Shown here piece by piece: positions 26,435 through 39,030 of a DNA stretch of 64,000 nucleotides. The position numbers and the translations under genes were made by a program. The stretch is from NCBI GenBank assembly GCA_000934665.2, contig JYFJ02000229.1:62001-126000 (forward strand). Direction: 5' to 3'. Within the stretch, counting starts at the first letter, position 1. Every line of letters starts with the position of its first letter. The stretch is from Catajapyx aquilonaris (lineage: Eukaryota). The notes below the pieces were generated by a model. That model did no database searches. It saw nothing but the letters and a program-made list of their open reading frames with translations, and was not told the DNA's origin.

Positions 26435-26828
26435 CAGTGTTTATGAACCTAGGGTGTATTCATTATGCGAAACCCATTGGTTATTACGCGCAGAACGTAC
26501 AGCCAATTATGACAGTCAGTACAAAAGGACCTCTGAAACAAACCGAATTAGTATTCGCAGCATGCTGTTACATTTACTGTAGAGCAATGGATCTTAGCCT
26601 TGAGAGATGTGGCCATTTATCTGGAACTATTTGTCACACGCACACTGCAATACACACGCTACATGTCAGCTGTGGTAAGGCCATCAAGAGCATGAAATCC
26701 CCATCCTTATAGCCTTCAACACTTTTTGAACCAGAGCGTTCCGTCATTGGACCAAACACAATGAATGGAAATTAGGTCCCTCTGAACCACCCTTGAGTCA
26801 CCCGCCAGCCACAGGTTGAGAAAGAGTG
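26435..26828. mobile_element. Possible degenerate hAT (Charlie-like) non-autonomous element
   Basis: Left end CAGTGTTTATGAACCT and right end AGGTTGAGAAAGAGTG both resemble the CAGTGTTTCTCAACCT-type TIR. No 8-bp TSD recovered. Confidence 0.25.
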
Positions 26829-29800
26829 TATGTGTGTCCTAGGGAAACTCTTGTCCCCCACCACCCCTGGTCCCAACCCCCATTCCAAATCATGCTTCAA
26901 CTATTCAAATATCCACGCAAACTCCCCTGGCTCCGGGAAACTCATCCAGGCTCTAATAGCCGAGCTGGGTGCGATTGATTCAAACTTTGACTGCACTGGC
27001 ATTCACCCCGGGTATTTCTAGCTGAGAGTTTTGTGCAGGCTTGCAGAACCCCCACCCCCTTGCACCCAGCCCACCCAACCTCTCCACCCCCAGAGTGCTA
27101 ATTACAACTTGTGAATCATAGATAGACAAAACGAAAGCTCTCTCCATTCTGAATTGGCCAATGTTAAGAGTCTCCCTGACGTCAATTTTGATGCGAAATT
27201 TGGGCCAGGAAAAAAAAGGCCCGATGGAATGAACGTCGTGGAATCCAGTGGCCAGGAAAACATGTGGGACGCGACATGGAAATCGGCAGCTTCCATGCGT
27301 GCATTTTTGTGACCCTGTGGGTAAATGCCTGGGGTAAGGGGGGATACCCACAGCCTAGCTCGTCCCCAAGACTAATTGTCAATTTTGCACACATTTTATG
27401 CCCCAAAAAGTGTGTGCACTGAAAATTCCGCCTTGTCCAGGCCTGCAGTGGTATCATATGCTGGGAGAAGAGGGGGTAGGGTAAGGGGGATGGGACACAC
27501 GAGTCGAGCACCTGCACTCATTTCACGGCGTCGTTCAATCCCTAATAAGCGTCACTACACTCGGGCTCTTGCGCCAGGCTGCGTGCAGCCACTTGCTTGC
27601 AGCAAAATTCCGCATATCCGTGCTAAAAATGCGTAAAATGTACCACATGTGTATTCGCTCACATCAAATTTTAAAAATAATGTAATGAGCATTCCCATGT
27701 AGAGTTTGAAGACGACAACAATAATACTCCTCAAAGCACCATTATTTTGATGTAAGTTCAACAACAAAATTTAAATAAAATTATTAACATGCTTGTAGTG
27801 AGAAGCATTATTATTCATTCACGCAGTCCGAATAGTTTTGTCATATGAATATTTTTTTGCTTAAAATTTTAAAAATATATTTATAATCTGAAGCCTCCTC
27901 CACCTCCCATTCTGTAATCAGCAATTAGACGTGGACATGGGGTGAACCCGGGCGTCAGACTCCGGTTACGTCGAGCCGTCGAGCAGGGTGTATTATTGCG
28001 GAAAACGGACACATGATAGCTCACATGGTAATAGAAAGACAAAGCCAACTGACAGGAGATGGGAGCTCCTGATATCATAAAAAGTTCAGAGTGGGCAGTA
28101 CTGTTACCAATATCACGACTATGTTCCTCAATATTCGGCAGGCTCAAATGCATTAAGTTAATTTTATTTTAAAAGTTAATAGGGCCACCACTTATCTTGA
28201 ATTAATTTAAAATGAGAAGTACTGAATAAGCCCATTACGGTTATATTTCTTTTTTTCTTTTCTTCTTTCTCTGTGTGGCCTGAGTGGATCTCTCTCCAAC
28301 AATAAATCATATTAGGAGTCTTCGTTGAAGGTTCCTCGCCTGCTGTGGAGAAGTCCCCCAATATAATAATGAAGGCCAGAAAGAAACACACCCACCTTGT
28401 GGTAATATCTTAATCATTGCGTTTCGCCGGGAAGCCATGTAGGATTAAACACTTGCTCAATTAAATCTGACTGTAACTGCTTACGTTTTATGTCGGTTGA
28501 CAAAAATGGTGGTTTTGGTAGCCGTGAATCTTCATAATTTTTCCGCCATTTAAGCTTATAACCTCTAACACGCAACTGTTTAGTGAAATTAATCAGCAAA
28601 AAAATATGATACCTGCGTGATACTCCTGTAGATTTAGGATACCATTCTGAATAGAAAACCCCTGTCATTTTGTCGTAAACATTACGGCTGAAGCCCTCCA
28701 ATGTTTGGGCGAAGAGTTATTAACGGCTATTTTGGTAAGCAGTTATCCGTCAATTGTTCGGTTAGACAAAATCACGGTTACCTACCAGTATGACCTCTTC
28801 ATATGAATATTTCAGATCAGAATGTTCAATATCTTGTTTAGAACAATAAAAGACAGCTTTGAAAGATAGCCTAAATCCAAAAAATAACGACGACTTCGAA
28901 ACTGTCCTATAATGATGTCACTATGACAAACAGACGTAGGCTATTCCAAATAGATATAATTTATCGGTTTTTCTTTTTCTGGCTTTTAAATTACTGTACT
29001 CAACTGGTATCAGGACGAGGAAAGCCAGGCAGTGGCTGCTCAGGCGGTACAAACCGATCTCTTCCCCAGAGCGCCGCCATGTTGGATATCTGCGAGTGAG
29101 CGAGGGAGGGGAGAAAATCCCCCATCGCCCAAGAGACTTCCAGGCTGTCGACTTTGACAGAGTTACACACTGTATAGTTCATAGGAATTGAACGGATCAC
29201 CCAATATCAGGAAATGCAGGGCAACACACAAAGATGTTAAATTATGTGACAAAAGCGTATCAGTGAATGTTTGTAGTGATTTTGTGAAATAAGCTACCAG
29301 TAAGAAATGGAGAAACTTACCATGTAATAAAATTTTTAAGATAATTAAGACTATTGTATTTGTTCCCTATAACATAGAAAATATGCATATAGTTTTTTAT
29401 GTAGAGAAGCTGGCCATAACTGCCGTAGCACAATAAAAACATGGCTATTCGTGTCTCTTTAAGGTTTAATTTTTCCTGATAATAATATACAATTATTTAC
29501 ATTGATTTCGGTGCATTTTCCTTTCCCCTGGACATGATGAGAGCCAGATTTTGCTGAAAATTTCATTATGCTGCTATCATATTTAATTTAAAGATAAGAA
29601 ATATGATATTGACTCAACGTGACAAAAATATGGTACGTTTACTTGTATTTTCTGGGACGTGGATAATGGTAGTCTCTGTAGCAAAAAACCAAGCCTCGCA
29701 TTGATTCGCAAACAGCAGAGCAGAACTGAATGTGAGAGTGTGAGATGATAGAAAAAATTGGAAGCTGAAGACAAATAGTGTAGTCCTACTTTACACCGCG

Positions 29801-31752
29801 ACAAAATGTAATTGATGTAGAAACCTTTGATGTTAGAGGTGTGGGCCGCCTTTTTTTAATAAAAAAGAGAAAAAACCTAAAATGACGTCGTCTGGCTCCA
29901 TTAACTTTTTAACCAGTACGGAGAATAGCGGACCATTTTCCATTTTCCCTGCGGGATAGCTGGATTTTGAACTGGGCGAACATCCAGAATTCTCTCTGCA
30001 GCAGCTCTCACACCGACTAAACTGATCAGCAGAAATGCAACACAAACCAGCTCAACTCGAGACACTCTACTCGCTGAAGAACCCGCTGAAGGCAACTACA
30101 CCGGAAAGCATTGCAAATGACCAGGGTAGCCAATACCGACTAATTATTAATAGCGCTAGCACTCTATTAATATGAAAATAGATTACACAGGCAGGTTGTT
30201 ATGGTTAGAAGGTAATTCCATTCCGTAATCATGGCACTTGGCGTGAAGGCTTGATTCAAGCAGCGCCGCAGCTTCGGTTGACCCACCAATTATTCTCCGA
30301 GATACTCGCAGGAATGGAATTCGATTCAGGCAAAATCTCAGACATGGATGAAACCGCGAAGCCGTCAGTTTGCTTCGCTACTCTCAGGGCTCTAAAGGAG
30401 ACCAGACGCGCACAAGTTCGCGACCAAAATGAAAGATCTCAAAACAAGTTAAAAGTCGGGCCTGTCGGAGTCAGACTTGAAATAAAATCAGCTATAGTGC
30501 TGGAGGAGACCTGGCAAAGAGTGAAATATTAAATATGCCATTTCTCTATAAGGCGACTTGGATGCCTTTTGCTGTAAAGCTCAAAGCAAGTTTCCATAAA
30601 ACTATACATTTCACTCGAAGATTCACGTTTTTGCCAGGAGCATACTAGTTGTTGGGACTGAACGTTACTGTATTACACAAACACAATTACGAATATACGT
30701 CGTAGTGAAGACACGGTGAAAACAGAAAGAGTCGTAAATTATAGGCTGCTGCATGGGTGTGTATCATTTATGTATGATGAATGAGTCAGTTGCAGCCGTG
30801 TTGGCTACCACTAAATACCCTGCTGTTATGGTTTCGGTTTCACAATGAGTTCATAATTAATTATCTTTGAAATGCATAATCCGCTTCATTTGAACATTGT
30901 AGATTGGCTCAAATAGTGTAAACAGCATATAAAGTAAAACACGCACATTAACAAAACGCACTCTGCAGATTAATAGCACGCTTCATGGTGGCACATTCAG
31001 TTGAAATAGTAGTGTTACGATCGACTAGTTTCAGTGTCAGTGACTAGAACAATCTGATGGTATATGATGCAACGTTGGTCTGTCATTGTTCAAATGCATG
31101 CTTTGTAGTTCGGCAAAGTCTTGGCGGCGAGAACTGGCGACATTGGCAGGACGGACAAGTAAGGATTTTGTTCAAAGGCGAAAAGGAGATGTCCGCACAA
31201 TTGCAGTGGGCACAAGTGGACCAGGAGACTAGCTGGAGTACAAACAACCCACAAGGACGTGACCAAAGACAGGACTCGGCCAGTGGAAGCCACAACACCG
31301 CCCTTTCCTCAAACACCATTTTCCTAATTGCTTGTTATCAACTCGCAGCCAGTTTATCGCCACTCACTCTTGTACAGCGTGTATATGGTAAAATATAACT
31401 TGTTTGTTGCCGTAGAGTCGCTAACTTGTCCCAGTAATATTTATCCTAATAACACTACATAAATGCAAAGAAAAATCACCATGCGGTAAATGTATTCAAA
31501 TTAACGACAAATACTTCTCACACACGTCTACTGCTGCACGCAATTATATTCGAATCAATTTATTGGCAGCAACATGTTAGTTGACACCAGCAATAAAGAA
31601 TCAGTATGGCAACTCTATTAATTTACATAATATTGCTAGTTGCAGATCTATATGTAAATAATAAACCCTATATCTAAACAGGATTACCCTTCATTTTAAT
31701 TGCTTGTAAACAGTTCATTAGTGAATAAAAAGTAATTCCGGAATTTTTTCAT

Positions 31753-31822
31753 AACCGATGGAACAGAGCGTGCAGTTGAATATACAGTATTGTATTCAAT
31801 TGCAAGCTCTGTTCCATCTGTT
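31753..31822. repeat. Imperfect ~70-nt hairpin
   Basis: GATGGAACAGAGCGTGCAGTTGAATATA pairs with TGTATTCAATTGCAAGCTCTGTTCCATC (about 28 bp, 1 mismatch and 2 G-U). The loop region contains TACAGTA. Confidence 0.85.
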
Positions 31823-34279
31823 CACTGAATGACTGTAAAAAGGTGCAAAAATATTGTTTTTCTACAACTCTACCAACTAATTATAAAATATTTCAGGGAC
31901 ATTGCTTAACTTGACCATTATCAAAATATTATTGCACAAGTTATTCAATCACGTATATATTAATATATTTCAACTAATAATAACAGGCACCTAGCTCTTA
32001 CCCTATGGACAACAAACGTTCAGCAACCGTTCATTTTGGCCGTATTTCATTAGTCAACGCACGGTAATCACTTCATCTGCATAATGTTTTGAAATAGTAT
32101 GACCTACACTCTGGATAATTACTCTTTGTGAGTAATTTCCATGGCGTTAAATCCTTTCGGCCTTTGTGGAGCGAGCCAGTATTGGAAAGTCATAATTTAC
32201 TTTCAGCCAGTGATAGTATCAGACACACAAGCCGGGGAATGCAACTTGGTGGTCAGTGTTGCAAGATCTAACGGAGGTATCACAGAGCTTGGGACCTATT
32301 TTCAATAAATCTATAGAGGAGATTACCTCGCTACTGTATGTCTGGTCTCGAGTTTGGAGCATTGGCGGCGTAGATGATTCGGGGTTTGCACATTTGCACT
32401 ACCGGCAATCGCTAACTTCGGAAATGCCTGAGACACTTTGCTGAATCACAGTTCGTGGAGGTAGAGAGTTGGGAAAAAAGTACTACGATGCTAAAGGATT
32501 TATTCGTATCTCAGTATTAGGAGAGATGCAGTTACCATGGATACTCATGCGTCACAAGCTGAAGGTTCTGTTTCTTCCTGAAGCAGGAAAAATTACCTGA
32601 CTATAATGCAATGTTGAGCATGGGGAGTGCTGTTTCGGCAAAAAAAAAATGTCTCGGTCTCAGTTGATCTTCTTTACAAGGACGTCTTCTTATCCGATTT
32701 TCTGGAGCTTTGGTTCCAGTGCTTTTTAAAAATTCAAATTCGCGTAGAATGTGACCCAGAATCAGAGTAGTAGTGGGCAGAGAGTGGGCAATGTGCTGCC
32801 TCTCTTCATTAATTTGACCACTCACAAGCGACAGAGCAACAAAAACGACATTCTCATTTGGTCGATATGTCGATTTAGACAATTTGGATAAGGTGTAGCC
32901 ATCACAAATTCTGGTCAATTGAATGACCGAATATCTAAAGTGCACCAGCAGAGTAACATTTAAACTGATTTTGAGATTCAATTTGAAGATTGAATTAACC
33001 CTTATAGGATGGTCTTTTTCCTACATTGTATATCTCCAGGGGGCTGTAACGACTCCATCAGAAAACTGACTTGATTATCGGAAGTATTAAGCTTCAATGC
33101 CTAAATCAATTTTGACTAAATGTGACTCTTGTCGTTCTGCTTTTCTATTCTTTTACACTCGTGTAGATTTCAATAATTAGGTCCATACTAAAGAGAGGGA
33201 ATAATTTCAAAAAGTCCATGCCTCCCACAAAAAGTTGGGCATGTTAAAATTTATCTGCACGTTGCATTCATTATTACATTTTAAGCTCTAGCGGCGGGGT
33301 TTTTAAAACTAAGACAATGTACCCTGGTTTTTGTGCAATCACGTTGCGGTAAAACTTACGTCATTAGATGCATAATTCAGCATACAATTATTAATTCCAC
33401 CTCTGCTCTACAGGACTAATTTTAACCAAGCCATACAGTATCTGCCCTAAAACTGCCCATCTTCACTATATAGCCAATATTAGCAGAATTTGCAGGGCTT
33501 AAAAATTAATAGGAAAAATGTACAACTGCAACATCTTTAAATACATCCAGGCTAAAACGTGCCTGGAGCCTCATAAATATCCCAGTACAGGGATGGCACC
33601 CGTAAAGCAGGGGAGCATATGAATAGCTGAGGATGCGGGGCAAAGTAATCTAACCGAAATGAGGGAGAGGATTGCCTGTATGATTCTGCAAGCTTGCACC
33701 AGAGTGAGGGAGGTGCGTGGCATGTTGGGTTGCCCTATATGTCATCTGGGCGTCTGGCAATCTGCAGCGGTTCATGTGATAGTCTCTAAAACGAAATGTG
33801 CTGCCTCGCATCCAGCCCCAAGAAGCAGTCGGCGTAAACCATAGTGTGACCTACTCCCAGACCTATACCAAGGGTTTTACAGCTGGAACGGAAACGACGC
33901 GGCAAGAGAATAAACGTTACAGATCTCAAGTTTATCATTCGTTATACTGTCTACACAGTGGCCCATTCGCCAACATGTCTTGCGACTAAGAAAGTTGTCC
34001 ACAGATACGAAACCTAGGCATGGCAGGTTGATATTAAGATTTTAAAAATTAATTTGATTTAATTGCTATTTTTTAATATCCTGTGTGGCAAAAAAACATG
34101 CGCAAATGCAGTAGAGAAGTGACATTTTGAGCCACAAAGCCAGGATTTTCTGCCTGACAAAAACGCAAACTTATACAGTAGGCCTACCCACATCTTAGCT
34201 TCTTTGGGACCTCTGTGTTAAGCAATACACGGTAGGGTTAAAAAAAGGATTTCTCATGGACCGCACTGTACCCACCGTT

Positions 34280-34341
34280 CTGATTGGTGGAGCAAAGAGC
34301 GGGGGGGGGGGGGGGGGNGGGGGCTGTGCTCCACCAATCAG
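34280..34341. repeat. 15-bp perfect inverted repeat around a poly-G run
   Basis: CTGATTGGTGGAGCA...G-run (with N at 34318)...TGCTCCACCAATCAG. Confidence 0.85.
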
Positions 34342-37300
34342 ATCGCTTAGGGTGTTTGGTGTGGAGTGGAGGAGCAAAGATGCCCGGCCTACTTTTTGAG
34401 AAGTGATGATTCGGTTACTGTAAACAAGTACAAAATTTTATGTACAATGGTACGGTATTTAACATTCCCGCCACAAACAAAAAATCAAGGAAACGCAGAT
34501 TTCGTGACCCGATAGCGTATGTTTTTTTTTCATGGCAGTTCGATGCAAATCTAAGACTTGTGCTAAAGTCTGTGTATTGTTTTACCCCCCCCCCGTGTAT
34601 ATTTCTTCTAGAGAGATGTCAGGCACGCAGCCTGTAAGTTTATCTTTTGAACTCTATTTTCTCTCAAAACAGGTTATCTGAAGTACGGCAGTTCCTTTCT
34701 CCATTATTTCTCTCTGGGAAATGACTGCTTCAGAGCATAAATTTATCTCTGCCTAGGAAGAACCGCTTTTATTTTCCGGGTGCCGCTCACCCGAATTTTT
34801 CATCCGTTGCCTTCTGCCGCTCTTTAATCTGTCCTTTCTGTAAAAAGGCTTAACAAGCTTTATAATCAACTCTGTAAATTACGTCAGCTCATAAAATGGG
34901 CAGTTTCATGTCCATTCTACAGTATACCTCGTATAGAAGATGGCTGTGTCAGCGGATGAGTGTTTCTTGCTACTTTGATGACAGTTTCGGAGGTTAAACC
35001 AGCTCGACAGGAGCATGGAGACCTAAATTTCAAAGGAACTCTTGCTAACATGAAACGAGTGTTATAATTCAACACCATGCAGCATCAAACTGCACTTAAT
35101 ACCATGTAGCGTACAAATTATTTTGACATAATAAAGCATTCATCTGTCCATCGCAGTCTGCCTTTATTTTTAACAACATGTGGCATTGTACTCTACGGAT
35201 GCACTGTAATAAACCTTTCAATCTGCAAGCAGAGCAATAATAATTATTAAGCCAACGAAATAAAATAAAATATTAAATAACAAACAAAGCACGTTGAATT
35301 TTTGGGTGAGTCTGTTAAAATGAGAACTATTGTTTCCATATTTTTGATAGGGGTAGGGGGTTCACTAAGAACCAGGTGACACAAAAATAACTGGATATTA
35401 TTTATTACTATCGACCTTTCGTGTTTCCAATGCAGCCTATGCGTCTGACAGGTAACAACTGATTGCATGCAGGCATGCCATGTAAACTGATTAACCGAAT
35501 GAACTGCTGGGTTTACAACACATTTGTGGCAATCAACTAAGTGGACGAGTCTCGTTTTCTGCATGACATCACGACTAAAAAAACACCCTGTCCCAATACC
35601 CAGACATCAGAAATTCGGGTACAAGCACACCAAAAATCAAATCGCAAAAGGCAAAATGGCTCTAATATTCAGAAATAATTGTCCATATTTTGACTGCATA
35701 TTGCTCAAAACTGTAAAAGTGAGAACGTTCCTTTCTCTTGGCTGTACAATATAAAAGAGACGAATTTATCCAACGATGTACTTTTTCCCGCGGCTCATCT
35801 GAAGAGTTTTTGTGTCCCCCTGCTGGTGTCCGACCCTCCCTTCACACTGATACGTGGGCGTAATTAAAACGCACTCTTAGGTATGGAAGGGCAGCTAGCT
35901 AGCGTCGGAGTCTCCGGAGTGCCATCAGGAGGCTCTGGTCGTTGGCAGAGTCGCGTTCCGACGACTAATGCCTGTAATCATGGCAGTTGAGAGACGGAGG
36001 GCTCTCAGAAAAGGGGAGGCGCCATCTTGGCCCAAACACGCCCTGCGGATAAAACGCCTAAGGGGATATGGGCCAGCTCTCTAATTCCGAGGGAGGAAAG
36101 AACCTGCAAAAGGAAGAATAAAGCTACGAGGGCCAAGAAAAAGAAAAATGGAGTCAGACCAAGTCGTCCTTCAGGATCTTTCCGGTGTTTTAACACGCTG
36201 TCAGGGGAAATCAGACATTTCCTGCTTGCAGATTACTACACATGGACCATAAAGATAATGCTTGCTGACAGGTATCTCTGCAAATGGACCGCACTGTCCA
36301 AATTTTAAACAACCAAACCTGACAATTTGTAATCCGGATAATCTCAATCACTATGCTAAAAATAATGCCCACTGTTTTAATGCGGCAAAATGTTTGCTGT
36401 CAGTCCCCTCGCTAGTTGCTGCAGCACTTCATCCACCATTTGGGCTTTTGCCTACGCACACAATGCCGCTTTTTCATTTCCAACGTATTATTTTTACTTG
36501 CACATTCGGCAAAAATTAAATTTAAATGGATCCCCTTATACGTTTGCATATTAGGCAGGGTCAATACTTTAATTAGTATTCACGTATGTGGGAAATTTTT
36601 TTTGCTACACATGCGTGAGCTTAATATCATTATGCCATTATGAGTTCCCATGGGTGTATGAGTTTAAAAATTGATCTAGTGTATGATCCTGTACTTGTGT
36701 CCTTAGAGAATTACTCCGATATTTGAAGCTCGTCTATATATGCTTTGAACACTGCACCGTTCAGTCGCTTATACGCAGACAACTTATGAGTGTGGCCAAC
36801 TAGCCCAAGTACAATGTAGCTTAAAAGTTGAGAATCCTCGCCAACTAGATGTTCAGAAAAGTACAGCAAGTGTCGGGAATCATTATGATCCAGAATATGA
36901 GCATTATTACCGAGGAGAGCATTTAGATGGAAGGAACATTTATCTGCCTGTACAAGTGCTTCTTGGTGAAGTAGTCTGAATGGGAAGCTTTTGGCGCGGG
37001 AGCGATTATTTAAATAGAAGTGGCTGCACCTGCAACAAGAAAATCCTAGAAAATCGTAGCCGAGCAATCGATACAGTACGGGTGAGGCCCTTTTCTGCTG
37101 AACCGAGGCAGAAATTGAAAGAGTCTGCAGAGGTTTCTTTTTCCATGCTCACCTACTGGAAAGTAAGGTGTTAAACCTTTGCTAATTTCACCCTTTCTTA
37201 CTAATGGTTCCAAGCTAACAGTACACACCACAAAAAATACAGGCGTCGATAACACCTCTTTACAAGAAGACGCCACTGAAAGTCTGATTAATGGTAACGT

Positions 37301-37625
37301 GAAGCCGCAACTTTCAACCCTCGTTTTACCCTCAACATCATTAAAAGGTGTAATTACTGTCATAAATGGAGGTTGCGTAGTCATAAATATTGCCCTTTTT
37401 GGGCTGTGTAATTTGGGGAGGAGTCAACGGCACGAAACGATGTTGTAGATGCGAAGTTTAATTGCTGAGCCTACCCGCAACGTGCAAGATAAGTCTAGCC
37501 ATTTCTTTTCCTTCTTCCTAGGTCCTTGGCTTTGTCCCTCATAAATCCAATAATTTCCACTCGAACCTTCAAGATGGGGAAAAAGTAGGGCGAGAATAAT
37601 AATTTATTAATCGTCGGGTACGGTA

Positions 37626-37660
37626 TATAAAAGGGACGCAATCTTGCCGAGTCTGCAGTG
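37626..37660 (+). promoter_or_regulatory. Candidate TATA + initiator core promoter
   Basis: TATAAAAG at 37626. The A of GCAGT lies at 37657, 31 nt downstream, which is the canonical TATA-Inr spacing. No transcript evidence. Confidence 0.3.
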
Positions 37661-38778
37661 TCGGCCGATTCAGGATTGCGGCGCCTTTATTTTTATTCAT
37701 GGTCTTGCTGGAAACGTTTCTTGCAGTCCCAACGCATTAAATATTCATTGGTCCGAGGGTGTGGATACATGCATCAAGCGAGGAGACGTGTTCCAGGGAC
37801 ATCAAACCTAATCTCAATATCCATTTGAGTGTGGGGGAGGGCGGGGGAAGGGGAATGGGTCATAGGGAGATGCGCAATCCATGTACTTTTCGAGGGGATT
37901 CAAAATCGACATGATTTGCTGGCCTCTCTCGCCACCAAAAAAGGAATCGAATTGCCATCTTTTAAGTGGTAATTCTCCCACACCAGCAAGCTATTTACGG
38001 GAGACATGGGCTTTGCATACAAATCAGCCCATCTAGTGTAATAGATTATGTTGATGAGCTACTGCTACGGGACGCTAGCTGGACACTACCTCTACTCCGA
38101 TTTTCTGTCTGTAGACACATCTGCCAGGATATTTCCAACTGGTTCAGGCTTGGAACTAATGCTTGTATTACTCTAATAATAATTAGTTGCACGGCTATAT
38201 CGTGGTGAAGTCCATTTAGTTCTAACTAATTAGCCATCAAACCTAGATTTTCTGCCTTCAATAGCATGTAAACAAGTACAAGGTCAAATCTTTGCTTTAG
38301 TTTATCTTGAAACTGTTTTTTTTTGACTTCATTTCGTTTGTATGACCACGATAAAGGAGGGTAGCATCAAGTCGGATATCATGCCTCCCTGGGAGAAATT
38401 ATAATAACAATAGAAGGCGTAAAGAATCACTTACCCAGAACCTCTACACCCGCTGTCACCCTTTCTCATCCCTTAACAATTGGCCTTGAGCTACGGACAT
38501 GGAGGTGTGGAGCACTTTTAATTGGTTATTGCCGGTCACTGCCCACAGTTCTTTCCGTGTGCTGTAGGTTAGGTTAGTGTTACTTTCAAGTTAACGCGTT
38601 CAGGCAGCTGTTCTCATTCCTTATGGATATTGTGCCTCTTCAATAGCATTACAGTCCATTCTGTACGGTATATTCTGGGAATCCGACTGCTGTAATGATA
38701 TTCGCCAGAGCATGCGATGGTTTCTAATGGCGCCTGCTAAAATCACAATGACAAAAAGGCTTGTCAAAATAACGTTTC

Positions 38779-39030
38779 ATGAAGCGCACCTCATATTATA
38801 GGAAATGGCATTCTCCCTTTATAACCCGGTTCTCGGTTAATACTAGCTAATATCATTAAATCTGCAGAATACCAGAAGCAACTGGCAGGAATGTGAATTC
38901 GCAGTTTTTCTGTCTCCATCCTCGCGCTAATGACATTATTATCCTTGAGCCTGATCTTGGCCTCTGCCACCCCCCTACCTTCCTCTTGGGAGCCAAACGA
39001 CCCCTTCAATCCCTCTACGTTCCAAACCAC
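38779..39030 (-). pseudogene. Decayed LINE ORF2 apurinic-like endonuclease (APE) fragment
   Basis: VWNVEGLK (WNVxGL motif), then GRGVA, NNVISAR and PII*GALH (degenerate IIxGDFN), in the expected order, with an internal deletion and a stop. Confidence 0.6.

Noticed and set aside
36725..36747. GAAGCTCGTCT resembles the start of Hox-cluster miR-993-3p
   Set aside because: Only 11 nt match, and there is no complementary 5p arm or hairpin upstream.
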